A stretch of 63,329 bases of DNA, the filler included, from Perkinsus chesapeaki ATCC PRA-425 (lineage: Eukaryota; Protista; Perkinsozoa), in NCBI GenBank assembly GCA_013115145.1. It is 9 parts of 9 records of this genome, joined end to end, with 100 filler letters (N's around TTAATTAATTAA, not from the genome) between each part and the next. Parts side by side here need not be neighbours in the genome. Positions count along the whole stretch, not along the records: positions 49,628 to 52,107 come from JAAPAO010001594.1; positions 52,208 to 53,773 come from JAAPAO010001892.1; positions 53,874 to 55,827 come from JAAPAO010001719.1; positions 55,928 to 61,369 come from JAAPAO010001159.1; 5 more parts are not named here. One strand, written 5' to 3'. The notes under the pieces were generated by a model. That model was not told the origin of the DNA. It was given only the letters and a program-made list of their open reading frames with translations, and made no database searches. The translations under genes were made by a program, and so were the position numbers. This document shows, piece by piece, positions 49,628 to 60,139 of the stretch (position 1 is the first letter of the stretch; each line of letters starts with the position of its first letter).

Positions 49628-52107
49628 TCTTCGTGCATCTTGAATCCTAACAAGGCCAGGGCGTTGCTATAGATGACCTTACACACGGCATTATGCCTGT
49701 GTGTGTATTCTGCATGCTGAAGCGCAACGCACGATGTGAGTATGTGGGTTACCGACTCATCGGTTCTCCCACATATGCGGCAGGTTGGATCTCGTTGGCG
49801 CCGGGGAAAGGACCGTGTAGGGATGCAGCTTGCTCGTATGTTCATGATGACGTTCTCCACATGCATGCCCAGCGTTGTGTTAGCGTCGTCAATCCAGCCT
49901 AGAGTAGCATCCATGTCGATACCTTCTGGCGCCGCAAGTGCCAGCTCCCGCCACCATCGTCCTGCCTGGGGTTGATCCTCCAGGAGCTTCTTCCACCTAT
50001 CAGCACAAGCATTACGCAACATGTCACCAGTTATGGGCTGGGTTGTGTCCAGCAATAGATCTGCTGTAGCACGGTTGGCGGCAGTCTCAATCTTCTTCAG
50101 AGGGGAAGTCGCCGGGAGTATGTCCAGTATGTCCGAGAACCGTTGTCGTCGGTATTCCACTCCGCTGATGACCGTCCGCGTCCACATATCCTCAATGCTT
50201 CTCACGCCTCTCCCTCCGTCCTTCCTCCTCATATGGAAGAGGGATGTGGAGGATGAGTGTGATAGACACTTGGATCTTCTGAAGGTGTTGCGGACCATCA
50301 CATCCAGCTCTGCAGCTTGTGACCGGGATATGACTCCGGCTCCACAGGCATACTGGGCAATAGGCAATGCCCACTCGTTGAGAGCGTTGATAGTCTTGAC
50401 AGCTGGCAATTCCAGCTTCAGGATCCTCTTCACACGTGTCCTCAGTTCTTCCTTGATCCTCCTGTAGGTCTCTGGTCCAGGGACAAGAGCTTGTTCAATT
50501 CCCAAGTACTTGTACGTGGCATCGTTCTCAAGGTAGGGGACGTCCTGAAGCTCTGGTGGTGCATTTAGTAATGCATCGTTCCTCGCTTCAGGTACACCAT
50601 TTCGCACTGATAGCCAGGCACACTTAGGTTTCGAGACGCCGAGTCCCGCCTTATTCGACACTCTCGAGAGGATCTTCAGCTTCTCACCAAGTTCACGTGC
50701 TCCTCGACAGTAGATCTTGTAGTCATCGATGATGGCCAGGTGTGATATCTCCGGTCCTCCAGGTCTGGGTCTACCAAAGCAGTACGCCCCATGGGCGTGC
50801 TTCAGTGCCGCTGTGAGGGGTGATGTTGCTAGTATGAATACCAGTACCGATAGTGCATCTCCTTGTAGAAGCCCTCGTCGTACCGGTACCGCTTGTGCCA
50901 CCGTTTCACCCCCCCTCTGTAGTTGCACTCTCCAGTTCTGCCTTGTTGTAGTCAGCCATGACCTGAAGTTGGGAGCTAACTTGTACTTGGCCATCCAATA
51001 GTCCACCCATGCAGGGAGCAGACCATCGTATGCCCTCTCCAGATCCACCCAGGCTATCGCACATCGGTGCCTAGCCTGCCGGATATGGTGTGTTGCTAGG
51101 GAGTCGAGCCATAGCTGGTGCAGACAGCCCATGCTGTGGCTTCGGCCCCCTTGCTGCTCTCGGGGCATGATCAGGGCCGACTTCTCGCAGTGGGTGTAAA
51201 GTGAGTCGTAAATCACCCTGGTGAACACCTTATAGGTCGTCGGCAAGCAGGAAATCGGTCGGTAATGTCGGGGTAGTCGTTGTTGACCTTCCGGGACCTT
51301 CTTCGGGGTTAGGTGGCATCTGGCAGTTGTGAACCAGGCCGGGCTAGTTTCGGGGTTGTTCAGGATCCTCTGGTAGCATCTGGCTAGGGCGGGAGCAATG
51401 AGGTCACAGTAGAGCTTCAGCCACACCATCCTCACACCATCAGGGCCAGGAGCTTTCCAGGTCTTGGCCCCTCTGATTGTTGACGCCACCATTTCCGGGG
51501 TGATGGTGATGGAGTCCATCCTTTCTTCGCTTTCCAGCGCCTCCAGGAAGTCCTCGTGCCACTCTCCATCTTCTTCAATGGCTCTGGCGTCGTCCTCTAC
51601 TGTAGGTGCTCTCCACACTTCGCTCCAGAAGGTCTTCAGTTCCTCCGCTGTTGGGCCTTCTCGATTGCGATCTTCTCCATTGTGGCCTTCTTGGTCTTCT
51701 CCTTCATGTTCCTGACTCCTGAGACGGTAGAAAAGAGCTCTGTCGCGGGCCATCTGGTGCTTGAATTCACGCTGTCTTCTTCTGTGCTTTATAGTGCGAA
51801 TTCGTTCACTAACATGCTCTAGCTCCAGAGTCTTCACCGTTTTCAGGTTGTGCAGGGCGTTCTCAGAGGAGCCATATCGTCTTCGCAGCTTGGCGGTTCT
51901 GTTCCTCAACCTAGTGCTCCATTCTGCTTGGGGGGTTCTCTGCAGCTGACAGATCCATCCAAGTTCTCGGCGAAGTCGTTGTAGGCCTTGCTCTAGTCGC
52001 AATAGTCCACCATTGGTTCTAGGTACATTCCCTTCTGCTTGGTCTGGTCGTCCACCTGTCGGATTGGCCTCCTTGAGGAGCACCTTGGCAGCCGAGTATA
52101 GTGCAGC
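49628..52107 (-). mobile_element. Non-LTR retrotransposon ORF, R4-like RLE clade (RT plus CCHC knuckle), truncated by contig ends
   Basis: WKAPGPDG, YRPISCLPTTYK, EQQG, WVDLERAYD, RRGLLQGDALS, HLAIIDDYKIY, YKYLG, KDGGRG, CRICGRTDESVTHILTSC..YTHRHNAV. Uninterrupted for ~825 codons. Confidence 0.92.
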
Positions 52108-52636
52108 NNNNNNNNNNNNNNNNNNNNNNNNNNNNNNNNNNNNNNNNNNNNTTAATTAATTAANNNNNNNNNNNNNNNNNNNNNNNNNNNNNNNNNNNNN
52201 NNNNNNNGCTTTTACTAATTTGTTCTGGGCTATATTAATTTGGTCTTGGCTTTTACTAACTAGTTCTTAAAATGGTGTAGTGTACGCACACACAAACAGG
52301 TCGTGTGTCACATTCTCTCCTATCTACTGTCCACCAGCTAATGGGCAAAGTAAACGCGAGATCTTAATACCCTCATTAAAATAAAAAATGACGAGCAGAA
52401 TCTATGCTGGGGTACCCTCGGCGACACTACCTGTCGTGAAGTTACTTACGCACTTAATACTCGCGCACGCTAACCAACTGGTCTCTGTCCATACCAACTA
52501 TATTCCTACATACTCCACCTGATACACTTCTTGGTACCACTACTATATATCCTCAAGATAGACATACTGTATCTTCCGCATGGGATTCAGCAAGATTGCA
52601 ACAATATATAAATCAAGACATGGTGTTACATGGCGT

Positions 52637-52731
52637 AAAAGAAATTAAAAGAAACTAAAACAAAGTAAAAAATGAAAGAAAAGAGAAAAAAATAAAGTTA
52701 AAATACAAACAAAGAAAAAAATAAAAGAAAA
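52637..52731 (+). repeat. Degenerate A-rich tract
   Basis: About 95 nt of A interrupted by single G/T/C bases. Confidence 0.7.
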
Positions 52732-53873
52732 CTTGATGTGTATCTGTACTATTGTCTGTTGTCATGTTACATTCTTGTACTGTTATCCTATCACTCATTT
52801 TTACGTGTTATCTCTTAAACTACCACAATATCTAAGACTGATATCTATCTCATACAACACCACTGTTTACTATATCTTCATCAATCGCTTTCACATCTTC
52901 TTCAAGACCTACTACGTCAAAGAGATGGAGTAGACTCTGCCCTACTTACTATGTCAGACATAGTCTGTCTTTCTGCTAACGTATTCTACACGTACCCTTA
53001 TCGAGTTCATCTCTACATTTCCCACATTCCCTAAGAGTTCTCATACTTATTCTACTCACATTTGTCTTTACTCCAGGGTAGTATTATTATCATTGTATTA
53101 TCCTACATTATCCACTGACTCTCACGGTGCTATCACAACTTGAAAAACTACTACTCACTACTTTATCGAAGTTACCACCACCTTTATATTATAATACTCA
53201 TCCTATTATTATGCTACCATCCTGTGTACTAAACCGACTACTAGTACTACGTTGCCATTCGTTTACATGGATATACTGTCTATCATGTACTTATATATCT
53301 GACTATAACAATATGTTGCCATGATGAAGTACATTATTATGTTCATCTCAATTGTAATCGCATGTTAAAATGTAAGCATGTTACTGTACTTGCTGCTTAC
53401 TATTTGCACCTACTCTCTTTCGGGTGAGGAAGCTGTTGCAAATAGCGCGCACCCAGATAAATTATCTGATATAATCGATTGCATTTGGATGCCATTCCTT
53501 CTGCTGTCTCGTGTTCCAGTACATGGAGGAATGACCCCTATTTCACGAGTTGGAGATGTGCACTTTAACGCACATTTCCGGAACGGGAATGGTTCCACGT
53601 GGAACCCCGTCCTAGCGCGCGGATCCAAGTCAGTGGAATGGGAACCTGGGAGATCGTTGCATAACGCAAGTAGTTACTCCAAGTTCGAAAGGGTCCACTC
53701 TCAAGCTGTGCGGACTTGGTAAATAGTGCACTTTAATTGGTCACTGGTCTATCGAGTTCCGCTTGGAAGATAGNNNNNNNNNNNNNNNNNNNNNNNNNNN
53801 NNNNNNNNNNNNNNNNNTTAATTAATTAANNNNNNNNNNNNNNNNNNNNNNNNNNNNNNNNNNNNNNNNNNNN

Positions 53874-54232
53874 AGATCGATCTGTCAAGTATTGCAGCAT
53901 ATGGAAGCGTTTGGATCTGTACGGCTATCTTCTACGTATCACAGTATCTCTTCGCGAGTATCACTGCTCATGTGTCTGCAATGTTCCCAGTGTTCTTGCA
54001 GATTATGCAGAGCGCCGGTGTTCCTATGGAACTCGGTTGCAGAGCTCTTGCGTATACTACACTATCGGGTCATCTCACTCATTATACAAGCTCTACCAAT
54101 CCACCATTCTTCAATTTGGGATATGTCCCATTAAAGCTTTGGTGGTTCCAAGGTGTCATCGTGATGCTTGTCAACTTGGTTGTCTTGAACACGGTGTGCT
54201 GGGGTTATTGGTGGTTGCTCGGTTTCTGGTGA
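53874..54232 (+). CDS. DASS-family (CitT/DiT-like) transporter, C-terminal fragment (copy 1)
   Basis: QYLFASITAHVSAMFPVFL...LTHY...GYV...WW...G...YWWLLGFW* is the characteristic CitT/DiT C-terminus. Confidence 0.85.
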
Positions 54233-54905
54233 ACATTTCTCGGCTTATTGTATATTTGACGCCGTTCAAAGTGCAGGGTGTAATTCTCGCGTACTATTCA
54301 ACTGCTATTCAATTCCCGTTTGGTGTATCAACATCTGTATGTCATTATTGATTGTAGAAATCAATTGAGTACAGCTCGGGCGGTGGCGGTCTTTCCGACT
54401 TCGTTACCTAGTACAAGGCGCTCTTCTAAATGCCGACTATGCTCGGTAGCTGCCTCTACCGCACACCAATTTTACACTGTACTATCTTCTGGATTTATCT
54501 TATCGCTCAATTCCGCTCAGCAGCATAATTGTGTTCTTCCTGAACCTCCAACTTCCATCATCGTGTACGTCGGTAACACGGTTGTCACGATTTATGTTTT
54601 TCCGTGAGTAGCTTTCACGAAGGAGCTGTCATCGGCTTCGTGTTGCCTGCTAGTTGCGTTGGTACCTTGTCGGTTTTCGTTTCGTATGACATATCGGCCT
54701 CGTTGGTGTCGTACAATTCGTACGGTACGAACATTTGCTGGTTTTTATGTGATAGAATTTTTTATTCCGCTAACGTGGATTCAGGATGTGGATTAAGTTG
54801 AGTGGTTCGTCTGTATTAGAAGTTACGATGAGCAGACTCGCAAAAACCCAGAAGTTAGGCGGAATGTGGTTTTCGGATGTAGAATCTATTTCAACTCCAT
54901 AAGTT

Positions 54906-55827
54906 ATGAGCAATCATCCAGACCGTGCTGAAGCTTCCGCACTTCCCTTCACTGTCCAAGAGAAACCCGGCGTTAAGCCGTCATTATTCTCTCGTTTGCG
55001 CCATTGGCATACTTCCGTCTGGCCTGGTGCTAACATACCTGTTGTCCTTGGTATTGTCATATTGGGACTCATCATGTGGTGGCTTGTGCCCCCAGGCTTA
55101 GGCTCCAACACCTGGCAACTGTTCGTTCTATTTGTATGCACAATTATTGCTGCCATTCTCGAGCCAGTGCCTTTATCAGGCGTTTGTCTAATAAGCCTTG
55201 GTATCGTTTCTGTAACAGGTGTCCTAACCACATCCGAAATGTTATCAGGATTCTCATCCTCTGCCGTCTGGCTCGTTATGTTTGCCTTCTTCTTTGCTTC
55301 TGGTTTTGTGGTTACAGGACTAGGTAAACGTATGTGTTTCCTAGTATTAAGATATGCTGGATCTACTACTCTTGGCCTTGGTTATGGTATCTGCCTCTGT
55401 GAATTCCTTCTTGCTATGGCCATTCCATCAAATACAGCTAGAGGTGTTGGTGTTATGATGCCTATCCTATTGCCTCTTATGAAGGATGCCTTCCAATCCG
55501 ATCCTGAACTTGGAACTTCTGCCAGGATAGGAACTTACCTGGTCTTGGTTGAGATTACTGCAAACGCAATGGTGGCCACTTGTTGGCTCACCGGCGGTGC
55601 TTGGAATGCTTTAATGTTGCAGTTTATGAAAGAAGTTGGCGTGGATCTCAACTGGACAAGCTGGGCATATTCACAGGCACCAGTAACCTTGGTCTCCCTT
55701 GTCCTCATGCCCCTGGTTATGCTGTTTCTTGCTAAACCCGAGATACGTAAGACACCGGAAGCCCCTAAAATAGCGAAGATGCGTTTGGAAGAAATGGGCC
55801 CATTATCGATCCGCGAATGGACTATGT
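54906..55827 (+). CDS. DASS-family (CitT/DiT-like) di/tricarboxylate transporter, N-terminal part (copy 2), intronless
   Basis: SGFSSSAVWLVMFAFF..GF..TGLGKR, LGLGYG, PSNTARGVG, TGGAWN. The ORF runs into the contig end. Confidence 0.88.
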
Positions 55828-56319
55828 NNNNNNNNNNNNNNNNNNNNNNNNNNNNNNNNNNNNNNNNNNNNTTAATTAATTAANNNNNNNNNNNNNNNNN
55901 NNNNNNNNNNNNNNNNNNNNNNNNNNNTGTCCGGCATGAGAAGTTTGAGTGAGAGTATATACGCGCTCACAAGAGTGTGACATGCGCATGGTGTGATAGT
56001 CGAAGATAACTCGTTATCGGATGTTAAATATCTCTGGAGTGACCAGGGCTTGCTATTCAAGTGGCTGTGAGCATTTGTGTTTCCACTCATAGCGTGTGCG
56101 GTGGTGGGTGCGAACACAGCACACAGGGCGTGCACATTGCGCGCACGTACGCAAAGATACGCGTTCTCACTTCCGGGCTAAGTCATGCTATTACGTTGTA
56201 GTAATCTGATTCTATTATAAGGGTCTACCCATGTGGTTTTTCGGCAATCCTAGCCTCTCAGTTAGGGGAATTCCTCCTCAGTTTTAAGTTTGTGAGTTTA
56301 CGCTGTCCCAATCAGCCAT

Positions 56320-57522
56320 ATGTCCTCAGTCTCCGGTGACAACCTCTCCGCCATTGCCCAGTCCCAGGGCGACGACGCGTCTGTCGCGGTACCTCCCGTG
56401 GAAGGTGAAGACAGCATGTCAGAGGGTACTTCCGTCGACCCTGGTGAAGACATTCCACAGCCGGCCGATATCCCCGTCAACGGGCCCAATGTTGTGGTGG
56501 GTGACGGAGGCCAGGGCGATCGGCCAGCCACTGCTCTCCCAGACGAGGCCATCGAGTTCCTCAATAACACGGTTGGTGGAGTGGCTGCTGAAGATATTGT
56601 TCGTGTCCTGCGCAAGCGGCGCATCACCTCCCCTGCCATGTTCGAGCTCCTAGACGCGGAGGGTTGTGCGCTGTTGTCCGAGGACCTTGAGGACAAAATT
56701 AACACTCTGGGTTTGAGAGCTCTAGGCCGCTTTTATGCCGATAAAAAGGCTAAGAGACGCCGACTGGCTACGGTTCCCAAGGAGAAGGAGTTTGATGCCT
56801 TACTAAGAAGGCTGCAGGACACCTGCGCTGCCAAATATGGTGGTTTCAGGGTTCCCGGTCGCTTCTTACTACCGCCAGCGTTGTTCTCTCGCTTGCAGAA
56901 GGGTGACGAGGTCGACCTCGACCAGATGGTCACGGGTTCGGCTGCTTCCGGTGACACCAACCACAAGCTCACCTTTGATACGGCTTTGAAGACTTTCAGT
57001 ATAGACGAGGTTGGTGGCAAATCGAGGCCACCGCTGTGCCACAGTGCTGGTTTGGTATTGGCCATGGTGAAGTGGGGCCTGTCTGCGTCACTTTTGGGTC
57101 AGTTGGAACCCATCCATGTCTTGTGCTACATGGCCCGTGTCGCAGAAGCCTGCCTCAACTGTTCTAGCGGTATTTCGGTTATGAAGGCCATTGACTTGGA
57201 TCTCCGCACTGAAGCGCGCAGAGGCGCCAGCACGAGCTCTTTGGGCGTGCAGTTGACCCAGGAGTTTGGAGATATTGTTTTGAGACACTCCGCCGCAGGC
57301 CAGGTGGCGGCTTGTTTCTCGTCTCAGTCCAAGTTTGCTGAGAAGGGGAGTGGCCGTATGGCCAACAGAGGCAACCCTAAAGAGCAGATCTGTCGTTACT
57401 ACCCCCTGGGCAGGTGTTTTGCTGGTGACAAGTGCAAGTTCAAGCACCTTCCGAGCGATGCGCCGCAAGGAAGGAATGGCAACAGCATGAAGGACACCGG
57501 CAAGCCCAAATCGGGTAATTAA
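56320..57522 (+). CDS. Gag-like ORF with a C-terminal CCCH zinc finger
   Basis: 400 aa; CRYYPLGRCFAGDKCKFKH (C-x7-C-x5-C-x3-H); lies upstream of the RT ORF. Confidence 0.75.
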   Translation: MSSVSGDNLSAIAQSQGDDASVAVPPVEGEDSMSEGTSVDPGEDIPQPADIPVNGPNVVVGDGGQGDRPATALPDEAIEFLNNTVGGVAAEDIVRVLRKRRITSPAMFELLDAEGCALLSEDLEDKINTLGLRALGRFYADKKAKRRRLATVPKEKEFDALLRRLQDTCAAKYGGFRVPGRFLLPPALFSRLQKGDEVDLDQMVTGSAASGDTNHKLTFDTALKTFSIDEVGGKSRPPLCHSAGLVLAMVKWGLSASLLGQLEPIHVLCYMARVAEACLNCSSGISVMKAIDLDLRTEARRGASTSSLGVQLTQEFGDIVLRHSAAGQVAACFSSQSKFAEKGSGRMANRGNPKEQICRYYPLGRCFAGDKCKFKHLPSDAPQGRNGNSMKDTGKPKSGN

Positions 57523-57693
57523 CGTTTCTCGGAGGAGTGTCCTCCCAGGAGTTACTGGGCCTCTTTCCATGAGTATTTGCGTATGTCGTCTTCGTCGTTT
57601 GCGACGCCGGCTTGGCGTCACGCCAATGGCGTGTCATATCGTGGGCCAATGTGCTAGTTGATCGTTCTTTTCCCGGAGCATTAGCTTCAATCG

Positions 57694-59940
57694 TTGTGTT
57701 ATGCAGTTACGGGAGCGAGCCCCATTGCACGGAGCCGGGAAACACGTGAAACAATGGAGCCGACCCTGCAGGACATCGTTGATACTGCACAGTCACGGGT
57801 TCCGCCTATGCTCGAGGCGGCCAGATGTTTATCCAGCAGGCATAGGCAGGCCAACGGTCTGCTGCAAACCGAGCTGTTTAATGACAATACCTACAAGGAC
57901 GGGGGTTTTAGTGCTCTGCCAACTGCACCGGCGCATAATGAGAGCTCTGACGAAGTTCTAAGGACGGGCACGGCAGTGGCGGTGACGATATTGGAGGAAG
58001 CTGAGACACACGGCCTGCTCCGCTCTTTTCGGGAGGTAAACGGTTCCCCAACTGCAGAGCAGGCTAGTGCCCTTCGGGGAATAGCGGATCGAGTTGGCGA
58101 GAGTTGCAGGACACGTATCGCCGACCTTTTAAAGGTGAATTTGTCGCCACCAAGCAACGGCAACCACATCTACTGTGACCTTTTGCATGCCTTGGCGGTC
58201 GCTTTCAATGATCCAGACGTCGATTTCCCTCTATTATGTAGCCAAGGGCTGCCCCTGGGCATCACGGAAGGGATACCGCCCTGTCCTCTATACCCCACCT
58301 ACCACCCCAAGGCGCAGGAGTCCTATCCAGTCCCTCGTGAGCACCACAATTACAGGTCTATGAAGGATCCCGCCGCCAGGCAGAGTGTCGCGATGACTCT
58401 CGAAGAGGAGGAGCAGCGCGGTTTCATCCGCAAACTATCACCGGCAGAGGCTGCGGATCCTGGTCGGACGTTCACGCCTCGGGCAGCCATTCCGAAAGGC
58501 GACTCGCCGGACGATGGCTTCCGAGTGATCGACGACTTCCTCCGCTCGAACACCAATATGAGAGCTTCGGTGCCCAACACCAACACTCTCCCGGGGGGCA
58601 CGGACTTGAGAAGAATGGTCGGCAGTTTGTGTGACGAGTTCCCCGACGTTGAGTTTCTTCCGTTCAAGCTCGATTTCCAGGCGGCCTACCGCCATCTGGG
58701 CATCAGGCCTTCGGAACGGAGGCACGTTTGCTTCATGCATGAGGCTCCGGATGGCTCGAAGGAATTCTTCGAGAACCTGGCTCTGCCTTTTGGCCTCAAC
58801 AGTTCGGGATATTGGTTTGTCCGTTTTGCGTCACTCGGCCAGCGTTGCATCGTCACAGTGCTCACGGCTATATTGAAGAGCAGGGGTTTGCCTGTCGCCC
58901 GCGGGGGTTTGCAATACGTCGACGATGGTTTTTGGCTTCTTCTGAAGTGCTTTTACTATGAAGCTGCTGTCATAGTGACGATGATGTGGCACCTGCTCGG
59001 GGCCACGGTAAGTTTTCCGAAGCTCCGAGTTGGGGTTGAGATGGTTGACTGCATCGGCATAACGGTGGATCTATCGGACTCCATGCCCGCTTTTTCCATC
59101 AGGGAGGCCAAAGTTCAGAAGCTTGCCGACATGTTGTCTTCCTTGCTTGCGACAGAGAAGATACACATTAAAACCCTTCGCTCGCTTACAGGCAAACTCA
59201 CTCATTACACTCAACTGCGTCTGTTCTTAAGAAGCTACACCCAGCCATTTTACGCTCTTGAGTCTATCATGGCCAAGAAGAACCTATTCGTGGCGACCTG
59301 CCCACGGAGCAGTGAGATAGGCGCAATTGCGCGTTTCTTTTTGGAGCTCGTGTCCGACCCACGCTCGTTGGCACCGGTGGGACCTTTGAGTTATCGCGTG
59401 CGTCTCAAGGCGATCACGGCTACGGTGATGGTGGACGCATCCACGCGCGCCGTGGCGGGGGTGCTTGCGTTGGGCACGTGTGATACGTCCAGTAGCCCCC
59501 TTGCGAGGGTCAGATATTTCCGTCTCGATGTGTCAGTTGATTCTTTGGGGCCTTGGGTTTGTTTGCTCAAGGATCGGGCCATCCCACAGGAGAGCCGCAA
59601 CGTCTCGGCATTCAAGCTGATCGCCGCGTGTCTCGGCTTGAAGGTTTTAGAGAATATTGTTGGCAGTGCGTCGTCGTGCAACGTTGTTATCTACACTGAC
59701 AGTGAGGTGGTTCGTCACATATTGACGCGGTTGTATTCTCGCTCGCCGGGTTTGGCACGGTTATTACGATGTATGGCAAGGACTCTGGCGAGCTTATCGG
59801 CCACCGCTTTCCTTGTTCAACGCGTTTCATCTGAAGAAAACATCATCGCCGATGACCTTTCACGTGGGGGGCTCCTGCCTCTACCTGAGAGTTGGAAGGA
59901 GGTCGAGGTTAGCATGAAGACCATCGCTGATCAGTGGTGA
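57694..59940 (+). CDS. Reverse transcriptase plus RNase H (DIRS-like)
   Basis: FRVIDD, KLDFQAAYRHL, LPFGLNSSG, YVDD, G.L.H; RNase H motifs MVDAS, YTDS, NIIADDLSR. Confidence 0.92.
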   Translation: MCYAVTGASPIARSRETRETMEPTLQDIVDTAQSRVPPMLEAARCLSSRHRQANGLLQTELFNDNTYKDGGFSALPTAPAHNESSDEVLRTGTAVAVTILEEAETHGLLRSFREVNGSPTAEQASALRGIADRVGESCRTRIADLLKVNLSPPSNGNHIYCDLLHALAVAFNDPDVDFPLLCSQGLPLGITEGIPPCPLYPTYHPKAQESYPVPREHHNYRSMKDPAARQSVAMTLEEEEQRGFIRKLSPAEAADPGRTFTPRAAIPKGDSPDDGFRVIDDFLRSNTNMRASVPNTNTLPGGTDLRRMVGSLCDEFPDVEFLPFKLDFQAAYRHLGIRPSERRHVCFMHEAPDGSKEFFENLALPFGLNSSGYWFVRFASLGQRCIVTVLTAILKSRGLPVARGGLQYVDDGFWLLLKCFYYEAAVIVTMMWHLLGATVSFPKLRVGVEMVDCIGITVDLSDSMPAFSIREAKVQKLADMLSSLLATEKIHIKTLRSLTGKLTHYTQLRLFLRSYTQPFYALESIMAKKNLFVATCPRSSEIGAIARFFLELVSDPRSLAPVGPLSYRVRLKAITATVMVDASTRAVAGVLALGTCDTSSSPLARVRYFRLDVSVDSLGPWVCLLKDRAIPQESRNVSAFKLIAACLGLKVLENIVGSASSCNVVIYTDSEVVRHILTRLYSRSPGLARLLRCMARTLASLSATAFLVQRVSSEENIIADDLSRGGLLPLPESWKEVEVSMKTIADQW

Positions 59941-60139
59941 ATGCTGGGCCTTGGATATTATGGCGTTTCTCTTTCTTTTCTAGCGATCCCCTGCATCTTG
60001 CGTTAAAGTGCGACTGGGGACTTGCTGGTAGTACGTACTGTGGGTGGAAGGGGCTCGATTTGTTTCACGAACGAAGAGTAGCACTGACAGCATGCGATGA
60101 TAGTTTTGGCCTTGTAACTATTTTTCCCCTCAACCAAGG

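Noticed and set aside
53591-53606. 16-bp perfect palindrome ggttccacgtggaacc and the surrounding 114-aa ORF
   Set aside because: Single occurrence with no supporting context, and the ORF has no recognisable family.
57531-57620. Two 6-bp hairpins after the gag stop as a readthrough signal
   Set aside because: Two further in-frame TAGs precede pol, so simple readthrough cannot reach it; splicing explains the layout better.
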